The position numbers were made by a program, and so were the translations under genes. From contig JBHGNT010000007.1 in NCBI GenBank assembly GCA_043228905.1, forward strand, positions 9,052,001 to 9,116,000: 64,000 nucleotides of DNA. The letters run 5' to 3'. The notes beneath the pieces were generated by a model. It made no database searches. It was not told the origin of the DNA and worked only from the letters and a program-made list of their open reading frames with translations. Positions within the stretch are counted from its first letter, which is position 1; every line of letters starts with the position of its first letter. Source of the DNA: Azolla caroliniana. Taxonomy: Eukaryota; Plantae; Polypodiophyta. Of the stretch, positions 61,101 through 64,000 are shown piece by piece.

Positions 61101-64000
61101 GCTATAGAATTGATCATGAAATTGACTCTGTCAGTACCACTCATTTTTCAGGATTAAATCGGATATCACAACCCTCTCATAAGCACAACAGGTAATCAAT
61201 TAAAAAATTTGCCATCTGGAACAATTGCTATATGATTATTGACGCTTGCTGTAAACTTATGTACCTCATATCATTTATGCCGAGCCATCAGTTTGGTGAT
61301 CTATGTGTCTGTAATACTATGTAGTGTCAATTTGTTTACCATTGCTTTGAGATCCTGTATGGCTCATAATTTTTTGCTCGGAATTTAAATAATTTGATTG
61401 GAAGTGATTCTAGTTCATATGTAGGTGATGCTACTAAGATCATTGTGATTTTGAATGTTTCTATATTCAGGGATGATGCAAGTTCACATGTAGATGATAC
61501 TTCGATAAAAAAATCTAAGATTGACCTCATGGTAAAATAATATCCAAGTCATCTACTTTTTAAATATGGTGATTTAAATTATGGAACTCTTTCATTTCAA
61601 ACAACTTACATCTGTTTATGAAGGTGGAGTCCACTCGAGCATCATCAGACGTTGCATCCAGCTCTTTTCAAATAGACAAGGCTGTCCAACCAAGGTTAGT
61701 TCTTGACAAGGATGAGATAATATATTAAAGTTACCACTGCTTTACACCCTTGAGTTGGATGTAGGGATGAATCTGTGAGTGTCCCAGATATTGAGTCATT
61801 GGCAAGAAAGCGGATAGCCAGCATGCGACTTCAAGGAGACCGTATCCATACAACTGTTTTGTACCTATGTTGATCCCTCAAGCCTGTAGTTACAATTGGA
61901 AAAATTGATTCTGAATCTTATTCTGGGATGGTTACTATAGTCGGCATGGATTGTTTTATTTTCTAACTGATTGAACTACTACTTTTGGCATATTTGATTT
62001 GTTTACGGTCTCTGTAGATCATTTCGGCCTTTCAAAGATATTAATAAAATATTTGAAAACATGGAGCTATTTCTCTTTGTTCTATTGGGTCTGTACATTA
62101 GTGGTAAGCCATATTATTAACACACATGCCAATGCCAAATCTCACTAATTGCACTGTTTCACTGGATAACAGTGCAAAATTTAGGGGCTTGATGCATGAC
62201 CTTCAGATCTACTCCAGACAACCTTAACATACTGGCTACCTCTGTTTGGTCTCTCTATTCCTGCATAATTATTATCCATTTCATTTTTTATTCCCATCCA
62301 TTTTCTCTCGTTATCAGACATAGTAATTGATCTCATCTGGATGTACTTGTGTTCTTCTCTCAACTTATTTTGGTCCGTCGAAGACATTAGGATATAATTT
62401 CTTTTTCTTATGTAGATCTAGGGGTGAGATAGATTGATAAGTGAAGAATATCCTATTTTCCTCCATTTTATTCAACTTTTGTATTTATAATTGTGGGGGG
62501 GTTACTTTCTTGCAATTGATAGGTTAAGAATATCAGGTCTTTTAAAGATCACATATTTGCATATGAATGTCCACCAGTCAAAGGTTTCTTTCTTAACAAA
62601 AATATCCAGGTTCCAAGCAGAAGCGGAAAGTTCAACTTGTTGAAGCTTCAGTGAGACGTAGAGATATGGATGGTGTCAGGGTCTCTAGTTTTGAATCTAC
62701 ACCACGACCACTCTCTGCCGACGACATAAGGAAAGCCAAACAACGGGCCTATTTTCTGAACAGTTCAAAGGCACAAAAACCTTCGCTAAACAATCAGAAG
62801 GGCATTATTCCATCAAATCTAGGTGCACCAACAGTCAGTCGTTGTGATCAACAAAATATAGGCTTGGTTTCCAACCAAGAGCAGCTTTTGGAAGGGGTCT
62901 CAAGAAATCTGAGCTCTAATTTAACTGCCTCCAGTACTGAAGCCAGCCCTACATCAAGGGAGGATTTAGAAAAAAGTTCACTCACTATGGCATCAGTTGA
63001 TTATGCAGATTTTCCTGGTTCCAGGGTTTCAGATGTAAAATTAGATCAAGATGGTGGGCAAATTTCAGATGTAAAATTAGAACAGGATGGTGGGCAACTT
63101 GCAGACATGAAATTAGAGCAAGATGGTGAGCCGCAAACTGCACAAATAGAGAACATATCAGGATCAGAGGTCAAGGAATTTGAAGAACCAAGTACCAAGG
63201 ACAGCAGTCCATTAACTGCAAAACAACTTCGAGACACAAGTTTCATTGAATCCCCCCTGATTCAGTGGGTTGAACCTCCAAGTATGATTTTCATCTACAT
63301 AGGAAATTCTTCTTCTACAAGAATGAATACTGTTAGAAGTGCCTGTTTACTAAAGTCGTTGCTCTTTATTTACTTTGTAGGAGTTCTTCTTGATCCTCAA
63401 TGGAGAGTTGCAAGTGGGGAACAGAGCAGAGAGACTCATTCTCAATCTTTACGGCTGAACAATGTGGAGGAAGTTTTTTATACATCAATAGAAGGCATAC
63501 CACTCAATCCAGAAGAGCCTGCAGAAAAAATCTGCCTCTTTGTGGATGATGCTTCAGTTCCTGAAATTCTTCTTGAAGCAATAGATGAAGAGAACGTGGA
63601 AAGAGATGGTGCTCTACAGTCTCCTAATAGTGAATCAGGAAAACACGAGGACGATGGTAATAAAGTGGAGGGTACTGTCTATGTTTCAGATGAAGGATTT
63701 GACAGTATTAAACCAATAGAAGTCTTTTCTAAGTGTCAAAGTGAGCTTGAGTTGGCATATTCCTCAAAACTTTCCCATGACATTAAAGAAGAATCATCGC
63801 TACTACAATTATCATCAGGACCTAATAATGGTGGAGTTGAATTCATATCTGATGTTGATGCATTACATGGAAACAGTAATGGGAAACATGTAATAGCATC
63901 TACTCTTTCTCAGAAGTATAATGAGGGTAAAGAGATTAAAGATATGCCCTTTTATCATGCAAACAATATTCAGAATATGGAGCATGGTAGTGTAGGTTTA
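53892..64000 (+). CDS. LD: Homeobox protein LUMINIDEPENDENS-like (PNUTS-related), multi-exon, continues past the window
   Basis: Exons 53892-54167, 56010-56037, 56634-56764, 56852-57198, 58589-58682, 58810-58903, 59001-59087 or 59108, 61152-61191, 61471-61531, 61624-61694, 61765-61841, 62610-63281, 63381 onward, with consistent phases. Motifs QCQITGTNPLAQEMAA, FSIKDTITKKEARDISAL..TVTQVREFF, EEQTS, NKLRF, RKVQLVE, RPLSADDIRKAK, WRVASGEQS match LD. Confidence 0.93.
55156..55196. repeat. (CTA)n microsatellite in LD intron 1
   Basis: Seen directly in sequence. Confidence 0.95.
63027..63136 (+). repeat. 36-bp coding tandem repeat (x3) in LD exon 12
   Basis: SDVKLDQDGGQI / SDVKLEQDGGQL / ADMKLEQDGEPQ. 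Confidence 0.85.

Overview
Eukaryotic nuclear DNA from a land plant, probably a non-seed plant such as a fern (inferred from a Tcn1-like chromovirus, Phygy-like elements and an RTE-X-like LINE). Two intron-containing host genes lie on the + strand: a Topors-like RING E3 ligase (19084-22672) and a LUMINIDEPENDENS homeobox gene (53892 to past the window end). Most of the rest is nested retrotransposons. Three LTR elements are structurally complete with target-site duplications (TSDs): a non-chromovirus Ty3/gypsy with an extra 3' ORF (2786-12589), a Tcn1-like chromovirus (30110-36044) and a Ty1/copia (36198-41584). They sit inside older decayed gypsy and copia elements; a solo LTR, an internally deleted element, LINE pieces and a MITE are also present. 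Most striking observation: the 2786-12589 gypsy has no polypurine tract (PPT). In its place, 2 nt before the 3' LTR, is a copy of the 3' end of tRNA-Arg(UCU) including CCA, i.e. a second, antisense primer-binding site (PBS). An older related element shows a decayed version of the same arrangement at 24994-25005. This suggests a gypsy lineage that primes both cDNA strands with tRNAs. tRNA identities and clade names come from recalled plant sequences and were not searched. All coordinates were read by eye.
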